Assembly (NCBI GenBank): GCA_004764695.1
Contig: SMSO01000035.1
Span: 2,480,001-2,544,000 of the forward strand
Direction of reading: 5' to 3'
Length of the DNA: 64,000 bases
Source of the DNA: Schizochytrium sp. TIO01
Lineage: Eukaryota > Protista > Bigyra: Labyrinthulomycetes
Shown here: positions 24,940-36,087 of the stretch, one piece after another
Layout: the number at the start of each line of letters is the position of its first letter
Position numbering within the stretch: position 1 is the first letter of the stretch
Program-made: the position numbers and the translations under genes
The notes under the pieces: model-generated
The model's database searches: none
What the model was told of the DNA's origin: nothing
What the model saw: only the letters and a program-made list of their open reading frames with translations

Positions 24940-25511
24940 GAGTGTTATCACGGGTTGATATCAATGATATTATCAATGATATTCTAATTCAGCTAAGTGT
25001 AGATAGGGAGTTTATACTAGCTGCTTTAAAACGTTACGCTGATTATATAATTCATGTTAACCCAATTTTCTGAAAGGATAAAGAAATCATGCTTCAGCTT
25101 GTCGAGGAAAAGCCAGAGTATCTTGAGTTGATTGTCGAAGATAAAACAAAAAATCCATTAAAATGGGATATGGAGATCAATGTATCTGCAATCAAGCTGG
25201 CGAGTAACAGAATTTTGGTGCATCCCAAAATGCGGAAGAATGTAGACGTTGCAAAATTAATCATACTAATCAACCCTCATAATTTCTTCCCTCGTTTCTC
25301 AAAGTTAATTAAGTAAGATAAGAATTTGATTATTTTGGCCATGCAAGCGGGTGCGAGGGAGAAGATACTTGCTTTAACTACAGGTCGCATTCGCGGAGAT
25401 AAAGAATTTATCAAAGAACTACTTACGATTAATCCGCACAAATTTCAGTACGGGTCGTTAGAAATTAAGCAGGATCAGGAAATGGTCATCCTAATAATTT
25501 TTACTGGGTAG
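24940..25511 (+). pseudogene. DUF4116-like helical-repeat gene with in-frame stops
   Basis: One frame gives DREFILAAL.., DKEIMLQLV.., DKNLIILAM.., DKEFIKELL..FQYGSLEIKQDQEMV. Interrupted by TGA 25071-25073 and TAA 25314-25316. Confidence 0.6.
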
Positions 25512-26660
25512 ACCCTATAGGCGTGGTAGAAGAGGTGATAGAAGTTGTTCCATGTTGACGACCTCGCAAACATGGCTTACAAATTCTGAGCAAATTATGT
25601 CTTGTTTTTTCGACAGCGTCCGGCTTGGCGCAAGAATTTGCGCGACTCTTCTAGTTTGGTGTATGTTTGATCTACTAGGTTTTGCTTGCAGCCCAAAATC
25701 CGCCCTGCATTTAAACTAGGTAATCTTCGATGAGCGAGGTCTTTGGACCCAACATTTTGATAGTCATATGGAAAAAAAGATCTAGTTTGTCGTCTGGTGC
25801 AGGAGGTGTTGGTACCAGGTATATTGCAACACTTGACATGTTATTGCCACAAAAGTGATGCTACCTTAAGGAATAGTATACAAGCGCTTCATTTATAACT
25901 CTTGTATTCTGGTCTTTAAAAAGAAGGTGCAAAAAGAGTCGAAATAATCTCTTGCAAGTAAACATTCAGATTTCTGATGATCCGTGTTATCGGAAATTGT
26001 GTGGAATATAAAAACATGAACAAGAAAAAGAAGCGAGGTTTAAATTAGTCTTTTAGAAAATGCGCCTCCGTTGCCATGAAGCCTGGCAAGGAGAACAAAT
26101 TTGACTAGGCACTATGATGATCATGAATGCTAGGACCTTGAAGACTACGATGAGAGCGACAATGCATGCCTCCTGTAGTAAGAAATAACAAGTACTAAAA
26201 TTCAATAAAAGTCTATGACAGCTGCAAAAATAGATATGGCAACATTAGAGGTCTCAAAACATGTTAAGGGTTTCTGGACCTCGCGAGTTTTGGGACAACC
26301 ATTTGACTTCAGAGACCTCAAATTGCCGATAGAAGAAATGAGTCAACCCAAGATGCGGAATCTTTTCATGGTGGTTGAGGAATAGCATCCAGGTCAAATT
26401 TTAACATATCCACTCTCTCTATTTTGAAGCAGGGCACTGGGGCAAACATCTGAACAGAGGTTACAACGTCTCTGGGGTCTCTAGTTATTTGAGAAAATTG
26501 CTGGGTTTACTAAGATTGCACATTTCAAGCACGCAGATCGTAGAAATAACATGTTGGCGCTTTAAATGAATAGAATAACTTCTCTCACAACTGTCAACGA
26601 AAGAAAGAGGTACTGATAAAAACAAAAAACTAAGTCATTGAATATTACATGCCCGATACC

Positions 26661-27722
26661 TTAGTTGCCAGCGAGTTTCTTGAGCTCTGCAAGCTGGATC
26701 ATGGCATCAAGAGGGGTCATGGAGTTGAGGTCAAGTCCCTTAATGCGGTCTACAATGGCAGAGGGAGAAGAGGCCGAGGAGGGACCCTTAGCGAGCGTTG
26801 CATCACCAGCTGTGCCAGCCTCTACAAGGCGGCTTTCAATCTGAGAGAGGGAATCCTTGTCAAGCTTCGAAATGACGGCACGCACAAGTTGCTGGATCTG
26901 CTCTCCGCGCAACTCCACAGTCTCCAGGACCTCTTCGTGCGAGGCCACAGGACCCGTATCACCAGGCAAGCGAACAGAGTTGGTGATAAGAGACAGTCCG
27001 AGAACACGAATGCCACAGTGGCGAGCAACAGCAACTTCGGGAACGGTAGACATACCTACAGCATCACCGCCCATGTTAAGGACCATGCGAGACTCGGCTC
27101 CAGTCTCATATGTAGGTCCAGAAACCATAACGTATGTACCAAAACGACGCATGAAAGAGCTCATGCCAAGAGAATCAGCAGTCTCCCAGGTCAGTTGACG
27201 CAAAGCAACATCGTAGGCGTTGGACATGGGCGGGAAGCGAGCACCTCCGAAGGTATCATCGTTGAGGCCTACCAAAGGGTGCTTTCCAGCTAGCAAAGGG
27301 AATCCAATGTGGTCGGAAATGATCATGAGGTCACCAACCGAGAATCCACGGTTTACGCCACCTGCAGCGTTAGTAACGATGAGCATCTCCACACCGAGGT
27401 GGCGCATAAGCTTGACCGGGAGAGTCACAGTCTTCATGGAGTGACCTTCATAAGAGTGAAAACGTCCACGCATGAGGACGACATCAACCTTGTCGACCTT
27501 GCCAAACACAAGCTCGCCGGTATGACCAGCGATAGTAGTTTGGGGAAAATGAGGGATTTCAGAGTAGTCCACGACGAGCTTGTCATCGAGGGCGTTCACG
27601 AGGCCGCTAAGACCGGATCCGCAGATAACACCGACTGTGGGCTTAATGTCACCGACACGACCCTTAAGAAACTCAGCAGCATCCTGCAAGTTCTTCTTCT
27701 CTTCTTCGAAAGCAGCCTGCAT
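26661..27722 (-). CDS. PNP: Purine nucleoside phosphorylase (trimeric PNP type) with MutS-CTD-like C-terminal tail
   Basis: GVICGSGL, GRFHSYEG, VTNAAGG, GPTYET, GGDAVGMSTVPE, SLITN, SHEEVL. Confidence 0.95.
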   Translation of the reverse strand: MQAAFEEEKKNLQDAAEFLKGRVGDIKPTVGVICGSGLSGLVNALDDKLVVDYSEIPHFPQTTIAGHTGELVFGKVDKVDVVLMRGRFHSYEGHSMKTVTLPVKLMRHLGVEMLIVTNAAGGVNRGFSVGDLMIISDHIGFPLLAGKHPLVGLNDDTFGGARFPPMSNAYDVALRQLTWETADSLGMSSFMRRFGTYVMVSGPTYETGAESRMVLNMGGDAVGMSTVPEVAVARHCGIRVLGLSLITNSVRLPGDTGPVASHEEVLETVELRGEQIQQLVRAVISKLDKDSLSQIESRLVEAGTAGDATLAKGPSSASSPSAIVDRIKGLDLNSMTPLDAMIQLAELKKLAGN

Positions 27723-28950
27723 ATTGACTTAGATATATTCAAGTCCTTTTCGTTTTACACGAATCCTCGGAAACCTTCAGGTCCTTCTTTGCAAGCAAGT
27801 GGACACACTAGAATCGCTTCCTTAGAGCAAGAAACGCTGTCAACGGTTTTCCAGAGTGTTCTTGCTTCTCTGAGAAAGGGATGCTGCACCTGACCGTGAG
27901 TCTGATTTCGTGGCGTTGTCCGCACTTCTTTGAGCAACGGAGAGTTCGACTTTTGTTGTCTGCATCGATCTAATTTGTGTATCAAAAGAAGCGAAAGAAA
28001 GAGTATTCATGATCTCAAGGATATTCTGGCTTTACAAGGGCGGAAGATATGAGCCCTTTAATAGGTCTCTTTCATGGCTTGAGAATCCCCCATTCAATCG
28101 CTCTATCATCGCAGGGAAACGTCTTGAAGCAACTGTCGAGCTTGCGTTCTATGTACCTGGGCTGCATGTTAGGTCGGAAAATATATTTTTCAGGCCTAGT
28201 GAACTCAGGAAATTGTTAAAGTTGAATAAAAAACTCAAGAACAAAGTGCCGCGTGTGGGCGGAGTATTCTTGTTACTTCCCTGGCACCCTAATACTATTC
28301 TTATTTGGTAAATTATAGTACTTTGTATTTTGCGTATCGTTTCACGTGAAGATTGCCTAATGTGGCCTCGAAGAGTTGACGACGCTTCGGGGGAACATTC
28401 GTAGACAAACTCTAGTCTGGGATGTGCGCAAGCAGGCTGACAAATGCTTTGCAGAAGGTAGTTTATAATATGCAAGAGATGATTAAATCTATAGCACGTC
28501 TGCTGACTTTGTTCAACCATGAAAACAGAGATGCATATACCACCTGAAATGGAAGATGTATTCATATGAATATAAGATAGAATATCCGGCATCCAGGAGA
28601 AGTTACGCAAAAGTGTGATAAAAGAAACGAACTCCAGGTGCATGGAGAAGGCTATATTCTGAATCTTGCTGATCTCAATGAATATAATATCAAGTCTAAC
28701 GAGACTCATCCCCACTGGCATGAAGAGATTTGGATACTTGCAAGAAACGAAATAGAATACGTTTGCAGAGGAATTTATTATTCGTTTGCTATGGCTACCC
28801 AAACGCGAAGAAGTCATAAGTGAGTAGGGGTGACTCAAAATGTCTGCAAAATCTTTGCGGATAGAACCTTCCTGGTTTCTTTCTTATAAGCACCAAACTG
28901 GGATAGTCGGTATGATTCTAGATATGAAGCAAATTTCGGTTGCCACGGTT

Positions 28951-29560
28951 CTATAATAAATCGTACACCCTCACATAGGTTGTCAAGGAATCACCTACAG
29001 ATTCAGCCTTATCATGGAAAGCATGTCTAGCCTTTGCTGCGAGACCAGCTGAATTTATATCCTGCTCATCAACACCGACGATTGCGATTCTAGACAGCGG
29101 GTGAGCTTCGCGCCAGTATTTTGTGAAGAAGTGATCATAATATTTATCTTGGAAATCTGAAACATCGTTGTCTGTCATAAAAGTGTTTCCATATTGAATT
29201 AAGAGAGCTTTGACTGTGCTAGATTCGAGTTGATGAAACCTCTGTTGATACCCTGTCTTGTCGCTCAGTACCGGGGTACTCCTCCAAGTAATATAGCGCA
29301 AAACTGCAACACGATGAAAAAGCATCTTGAAGACTCTCTTCAGAATTGGACCATCCATAGGGAAGTGGATTCGACGCAGTTTTAGCAATGCCATATCTCA
29401 TGTTAAAAAATCAAGAGTCATATCGAGATAGAAAAGAATCTGCTGCAAGGTCGTACTCTATAGGTAGTGCACTCGATTTTCTACCAACGCAACCAAAAAC
29501 CACTCCAAATTGTCCATTTGATATAACAATCGTGTTATCCGCGCAAAGATACCTTTTGAA
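28951..29560 (-). pseudogene. Unidentified decayed ORF (147-aa open portion 28951-29394, protein-like frame continuing upstream through stops)
   Basis: The frame reads ...LEWFLVALVENRVHYL*STTLQQILFYLDMTLDFLT*DMALLKLRR...; no family recognised. Confidence 0.3.
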
Positions 29561-30241
29561 TAGGGATATAATGTCGTTACATTTGTACCCACTTGCATTG
29601 TGATAACTTGCTCACCCGTGTCGATTATCGAGTAACTTCAAACTTGAGACCATTTATCTTACTTCGTCTAAAAGTTTAGAAAATATGCTCAAAATTGCTT
29701 ACTTTCCTTTATTGATTATTCATTTATGAAGTAACCAAGTCCAGGAAATACTTCTCTATACAAAATGTCTTTCATTTACTTGTATAATCTTGCGTCATTT
29801 TGATTGTCCAAGCGCGGAAACCTAGGTAGCTTTACCAAGGTTTGCAAATTGTTGAGAATAGTCTATTATTAGTTTCTATGCGATTTTAAATATACAAATT
29901 CAATCATAGTTAATGTGCAACTATAAAACACTATTGTATATACCTTGTCAGAAGACCTAATGCTAGTAGACTTCATTATTTTCAGTGGAAGTAGAGGAAA
30001 GTTATCAGTGTGTGTTCTTGCTAAAACCAGTAACAGAATCCATTAAGAGTTTTAGATTTAAAGCTTAATGCCATCTCACGTCTCACAGTACAAGCTATAT
30101 ATATGACAAAGTGCATATCGAACCATTCTCTAACACAATGCTTTTGTGAGGAGAAGTTGAAAATTTCCACAGATTTTCGCCTGTTCTCTCCTGTGCTCTC
30201 TATCCCCCCTGCATACTTTTTTTCGTTGCTGCAGATGTGCC

Positions 30242-30392
30242 TAAACCTCAATCGGAACTAATTCTCAACTATTGGATTCTTAAACCTCAGTCAGAACTGA
30301 TCCTCTTCTAAAAGATTCTTGAATCCAGTGGGAACTAACTCTCAAGTGTTTGCTTCTTAAAACCCTACTTGGTCGGAACTAAATCTCAGCAG
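30242..30392. repeat. Four degenerate ~39-bp tandem repeats upstream of TRM13
   Basis: TAAACCTCAATCGGAACTAATTCTC.., TAAACCTCAGTCAGAACTGATCCTC.., TGAATCCAGTGGGAACTAACTCTC.., TTGGTCGGAACTAAATCTC. Confidence 0.65.
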
Positions 30393-30599
30393 ATTTACAA
30401 AGTTGCGGTGTGACAATATATAAAAAACTAAAAAAAACTTTTTAAAAATGGTACCAGAGTTCTCTTGGTACCAGTTTAATAATAAGGTCCCACTTTCGAT
30501 TGGTAATGTAGGGGAGGCAATCAAAACTTGGAGAGCTCTTGGGCGTGTGATAATTTTGCACGCGTTCTCAATACCAGTTCTAGAGGAATCCAAGACACA

Positions 30600-32306
30600 A
30601 TGAGTGACGCCGTAGAAAAGACGAGTCCCGCTGTAGACAGCAAGGAGCTTAGAAAACTTGAAAAGCGCAACCGGCGTCTTGAGAGGAGAAAACATGAGCT
30701 GGTGGACGCAAAGAAACGTGGTGGTGCAAGAGGACCTCGACCTGGGTGTTGCGAGTTCTTTATAAAAGGCAAAAACCGATACTGTGGCGTGGCGAAAGCG
30801 GAAAATTCTACATTTTGCGCTCATCATGGCGGTGCTCAGGAAAAAGGTAAACGTGTTCCATGCCCTCTGGACCCCACTCACGACGTTTACACAGACCAGC
30901 TTCGCAAGCACCTGCAGAAATGTGCGTCGATTCAGCAAACCGCAGTATGGACCTCCAAGCCTTATTATGCACCTGGCCTTCAGGATAGGCCTGACACAGA
31001 CGGTTTAAGCGGCGTGCAAGGTGAGCTTGCCCCCAAACAGACCACTCGCACCATGGCTGACTTTTCAGATGTGGAACGCATCACAATGATTGGACGTCTT
31101 GATGATCTCGAATGCAAAATCTTGTCCCATGTCAAGTCTGAGAGCAGAGCACGTGATCTTATTCAGTCTTCTGATGCACTGGTGTTACCTATCGAAGAAA
31201 GACACTCAAAGGAGTGTGAAAATGGTGTTCCTCAGGAGGGCCACATCGAAGGTGAATCGTTAGACAGTGGCGAGGTAAAGGAGCCGCTGAGGGCCCAAGA
31301 CACAACGGCGAAAGCACAAGAACCCCACTCTAATAAGATAAAAGGCGCTGCTAAACACCATAACCAAGAATCTGTTATCATGAGGTGTGTTCGGGCTTTA
31401 GTTTCAGGACCCTCATGCACGCTACCTAACAATTTGTGCCTCCTGGATATGGGTGCTGGCAAAGGCGCACTTTCATTGCATGCCAAGGACCAATTTGAGG
31501 ATGTAAAAGAGTTATCCCACATCCTTGTAGATCGTAGAGCCTTTAGTTATAAGAAGGATCCACTTATTGCAGCAAGTGCACATCGATTCGAGAGGATTAA
31601 AATGGACTTGCGAGATATTGACCTTTGGAAGGTTCCAACGTTAGAGGCCCTACCCGCGGATGGACGAGCTGTCCTTATTGCAAAACATTTGTGTGGGGTT
31701 GCAACTTGTTTTGCTCTGCGAGGCGCTGCGTCTCCTCAGATATGCAACGGCAAGGCCGTCGATGCTATTGTTGTTGCTCTTTGCTGCCACGGTGCGTGCA
31801 CATGGGACGGGTTCCTTGATCGAGATATCTTGAAACTGCTTGGACTTTCTCGCGCTGATTTTGAACTTATTAAGTCGATGGCAGGCTGGGCAATTGATCA
31901 TGATGTGCAATGCTGTGACAATGAATATTGTGAAGGTACTGGTGAGGAGAATAATTCGCCTGGAGGGAAACGAAGGGGGGGCAGCAAAGAAGTAAAGTTT
32001 GAGTCTGAGCAAGGCGAAGAAACTGCAACTAAGAAAGCGCGTCTGCAGCGTGATGCTCCGTGCTCCGAGACTGAAGCAGAACAAATTTATGATTCGTTGA
32101 CGCGACCTGAGCGACAACGTATTGGTTTGCAATGTAAGAACATTCTCAACCTTGCCCGTGTGCATTATCTTCAAGCTCAAGGATATGACGCATGCCTGCA
32201 AACTTACACAGATGCAAACATGACTAAAGAGAATACCTTGTTGATAGCCTTGAGGCAGAGGGATACTTCGAAATCTGTGCTTCCAGATGAAACTTGGTCA
32301 TCATAA
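30600..32306 (+). CDS. TRM13: tRNA:m(4)X 2'-O-methyltransferase TRM13
   Basis: CCCH zinc finger (CEFFIKGKNRYC...FCAHH), U11-48K-type finger (RVPCPLDPTHDVY..LRKHLQKC), DMGAGKG, AKHLCGVAT, ALCCH, KENTLL. First ATG at 30600. Confidence 0.93.
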   Translation: MSDAVEKTSPAVDSKELRKLEKRNRRLERRKHELVDAKKRGGARGPRPGCCEFFIKGKNRYCGVAKAENSTFCAHHGGAQEKGKRVPCPLDPTHDVYTDQLRKHLQKCASIQQTAVWTSKPYYAPGLQDRPDTDGLSGVQGELAPKQTTRTMADFSDVERITMIGRLDDLECKILSHVKSESRARDLIQSSDALVLPIEERHSKECENGVPQEGHIEGESLDSGEVKEPLRAQDTTAKAQEPHSNKIKGAAKHHNQESVIMRCVRALVSGPSCTLPNNLCLLDMGAGKGALSLHAKDQFEDVKELSHILVDRRAFSYKKDPLIAASAHRFERIKMDLRDIDLWKVPTLEALPADGRAVLIAKHLCGVATCFALRGAASPQICNGKAVDAIVVALCCHGACTWDGFLDRDILKLLGLSRADFELIKSMAGWAIDHDVQCCDNEYCEGTGEENNSPGGKRRGGSKEVKFESEQGEETATKKARLQRDAPCSETEAEQIYDSLTRPERQRIGLQCKNILNLARVHYLQAQGYDACLQTYTDANMTKENTLLIALRQRDTSKSVLPDETWSS

Positions 32307-33909
32307 TGCCAATCTTGTTCAGCCATTTAGTATCACTGTTTGGTCATCAATTGTTATTACAATTTGTCTAACTATTTTGCTTGCCTCTATGACGACTTTG
32401 CATTTGCCTTACAAAATCCCTGAAACACTTGGTTTGATACGTATTCTCATTTCCAAGTTAAAGGAGTACCTCTGACTAGATGGGGATGAAATCTAGCCAA
32501 AATTCGTGAGCTGTAGGCCTTCGTCCTTTATGTCCCAAGACCGTCTGCCACAGCTACTTCAGGTTCAATTTGGAGGTATCTATTTGCCTAGTTGTACACT
32601 CAGGCTGTGCACACCCATCGATTGTGATGGCGCTATCTCTATTTAGTACCTAGATCCCCTATCATTAGAGCTATGATGATCGTACCAACACCAGAAGATT
32701 CAGACTTGCACAAGTCTTTCTGATTGCCCGCTCGCTAGGTACCTCACAGCCCGTCTCCTTGTTTTCAAGACTTCAACGGGGTTTCCAAGGAGCCATGTAG
32801 AGCACTTCAAAGGTCAGTCCTGCTCACAAATCAGGCCCCAACTGCCACCGTGTGTTAGTTAGTTAACTCATGTGATCACGGCTCAAAAGATGTAATGTAC
32901 ATTGAGCAAAGCTTTTTATCATCGCCAAAAGTTATAGCTCCTGGATAGCGCATACTACTAGTAAAGTATTAGGCACCTGCCTACTCAAGGGTTATGATGA
33001 TTGATTTCTTTTTTGTAGTAAAGGATCTAAAATTCTAGTTGTAGTACGTACCACTGCTTCGCTTCTTCAAGATGGTCATCGCAACTAACTGTCTAGCGAG
33101 GGCCTCTGGAGGCAGGTCGGGAAGACCGAGGTCGGGCAGGCCCGCTGAAGTAGCCTGTCTCACGTGATGAACGAGCATCAATGTATCATGCATGCCCTTG
33201 GGCAGCGGTTTTGCGCAATGCGTCATGCGTCGCATGCACAGCAAAGTCTTTTACACCTTCAGTTTGCTTTCTTCTTCTTAGCGAAATAATAACGCGAACT
33301 CGATAATCAATAATAAATAAACTGCTGTTCTTTAGCATCTATCGCCTATGAAAATGGGTGAATAGAAAACTCACCGTACTCGATCGATAGCGAGTTTGTA
33401 CTGTACGACTTTCAAGTTGGTGATGATAATGAGATATGGACGTTCTCTTTCATTTTCTTTTCTTGAGGCGCCGTTGCGTCCTTCAGTTTAGTAAGTATTT
33501 ATAGTTTATCACACGTAAAGAACAGACTTTGCGCTAGCAAGCTAGTTAGGTGTCATCTGAAAGCAGTAGATTGCATATTCTCGAGGGAAGCCGTCCTGGA
33601 AATACAGGCTGGAAGCCGTCCCTCGCGAGGCGGAGTGTGACAGGCTTGGGCCTATAGCTGCTTCTCCAAAACCAGCTTGTTGGTTGAGCATATGGAAACG
33701 AAATCAGATGAAAATGAAATCGCCACGCGGCAGTTCTTCATTTGGCCTGAGGTCACCGGCGACTGTGCCAGTTCTGCTATCATATGCACCGTCCTTAAAA
33801 CCAACACATATACGCAAAGGGGAGCTCTTTAGCCCACCGGACACGGAGGTATCTCCCTCGGTGTGTGATATAGAACTCGGAGATTAAAGGGCCGAGACGG
33901 GGAGACCGC

Positions 33910-34070
33910 GTGAAAGCAAGTTAAAATGTCTCTAAAAGTAACTAAAAGGACGTTTAAAGGCCGCTAAAAGGAGCTTAAAAGGGAGTTACATAGCAGTAAA
34001 GAGGGATTTGAAAGGAGGTTTAAAATGCAGTAAAAGGGGCTTGGAAGGAAGTTAAAAGAAAAGTGAAAGA
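33910..34070 (+). promoter_or_regulatory. Helically phased TAAAAG-like A-tract array (~15 units, ~10.9-bp period)
   Basis: A-tract motifs near 33911, 33921, 33932, 33942, 33954, 33964, 33975, 33986, 33996, 34008, 34020, 34030, 34041, 34052 and 34063. The regulatory role is inferred. Confidence 0.6.
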
Positions 34071-34612
34071 GAGACCTCGGAGGCGGTAGGAGTACGGTAG
34101 AGGTGGGTAGGGTATTGGGTAGATGGCAGAAAAAGATGATTGCGGAGGACCTTGAGACCGTCGCCAGCAAAGACCTCTTGCGCCAGCTGTCGTGGGACGC
34201 TTGGAGTGCATCAGGAACCGCTGACGGAAGGGTTGCAGGTTCGTGGAAGCGACTGCAATACCTGCTGCACCGGGCGAGACGTACGTGCCTGCGACGTAGC
34301 AGCCTCGGAGGCCGCTGGACACAGAAGTGAAGGTGGCGAGGAAAACAAAACAGAGCAAGATTATATAACGAGATATTGACGAGTGACTCTGAGCGGAGCG
34401 GCGACAACGCGACGACTCTGGGTTGAGGAGGTGAACAGACTGCTCTGAGTTCAAGGAATCTGAGGGCTTGGTTGCTCCGTATTGTGGAGCTTCGTTGTAA
34501 TCGTTGAGGTCGTTTGCAAGAAGGTTTCTGCCTAACTATCTTGCAACATCTTGCTGTTCTGCTTTGAGGACTTCTTGAGAAAGGTGAAGGTCAATTACGA
34601 TTGCTTGAAAAG

Positions 34613-36087
34613 ATGGCACCTGCTGTTCGACGAGCTGCGAGCGACAATGTGCCAGTAGCGACCAAGATCCCTGCATCAAAACCGCAGGACAACGCTACTG
34701 ATGACAACTATGTCATGATCAACGGCCGCAAGTACAGCAAGGCGACGCCTCTTCCTCGTGAGGAGACAACGAACTATGATATCATTAACGGTGACCATGG
34801 TCTGGACCCGGCTGCGGATCTTCAAGACTCTCTGTGGACTTTGACTCCTGAACCTCACGGCCTCCGACGACAGGAGATGATCAAAGAGCTTGGCAAGGAG
34901 GTCCACAAGCTCCAGGGCTATGAGCCTCTCACGAAGTACATTGTCGTGGTTCTCATGGCTATGCAGTGTGGAATGGGTTACTACCTTCGCGAGGAGGCTC
35001 TCTACGGCGGAACTCTTAAATTCTGGCTCATTTCGTATTTCTTTGGCGCCATTATGGCCCAAGCACTTTTTTTGGCGGCTCATGAGATCAGTCACAACCT
35101 TGCCTTTAAGACTCTCAACGCTAACCGCTGGTTCGGTATGTTTACCAACCTCCCTCTTGTCCTCCCCTTCTTTATTGCTTTCAAGGAGTACCACAACCTT
35201 CACCGTAAGTTTTTTGTTTCTTGTTTAGTGTATGCTTTTTGTGGCAACAAACGAATACACGACACTCTCTGCAAAAAATGGGCGTGTAGACCCGTATATA
35301 ATGTACAAATGGCCAAACTAATGTGTGTGATTCAACTCATCGGTCGTAAAATTACATATATATACAGACAAGTACCAAGGATCCGAGCTTGATGAGGATC
35401 TTCCCTCTGACTTTGAGATCTGGCTCTGCTCCACCACTCCGGGTAAGTGGTTCTGGCAGTTCAACCAGGTCTGGGCCTACGCTCTCCGCCCCGTGGTGAT
35501 GCACCCGTTGCCATTGAACCGTTGGCTTGTGGCCAACGCTGTCATCCAGATTATCTTCACCTCTGCTGTGGTATACTTTATTGGCTGGGGCCCTGTGTTT
35601 TACTTTTTGCTTTCTGACCACTTTGCGGGTTCTATTCATCCCATCGCTGCTCACCACATTGCAGAGCACTACGTTTTTGCCGGTGAACACGAGACTGGTA
35701 GCTACTACGGACCTCTCAACTGGCTCACATGGAATGTAAGTTTCTAGATTTGTTATTTCTTTTAACATACCAATTCTATTGGTATTGATGCGCTCACAAC
35801 CCGCGTGTAGTGAACAATCCATACTAACACTTCTGATTAATGTATTTCGCCATAAAATTGGGTGTAATTCGATTAAACAGGTTGGTATGCACGACCCTCA
35901 CCACGACTTCCCCAACGTTCCCTGGTCCAATCTTCCGGCGCTCCGCCGCCTTGGTGATAAGTGGTACTCGAAGATCCCGTACCACAAGAGCTGGGTGGGT
36001 GTTCTCTACACTTTCCTTATGGACCCGACGGTGACACTCAACAATCGTGTCCGTCGCCACGAGGCTAACAAGCCCAAGGTGGAGTAA
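34613..36087 (+). CDS. DES1: Sphingolipid delta-4 desaturase (DES1/DEGS family); exons 34613-35204, 35368-35735, 35881-36087
   Basis: EPHGLRRQEMI N-motif. His boxes HEISH, HNLHH (across intron 1) and HDPHH. HPIAAHHIAEHY and ETGSYYGPLN. GTAAG..CAG introns of 163 and 145 nt give an in-frame 388-aa product. Confidence 0.93.

Noticed and set aside
26649-27893. Plus-strand ORFs of 214 and 194 aa
   Set aside because: Antisense shadows of the codon-biased PNP gene, with no motifs.
30242-30392. CRISPR-like repeat/spacer array
   Set aside because: Units are degenerate along their whole length, the context is eukaryotic, and no cas genes are present.
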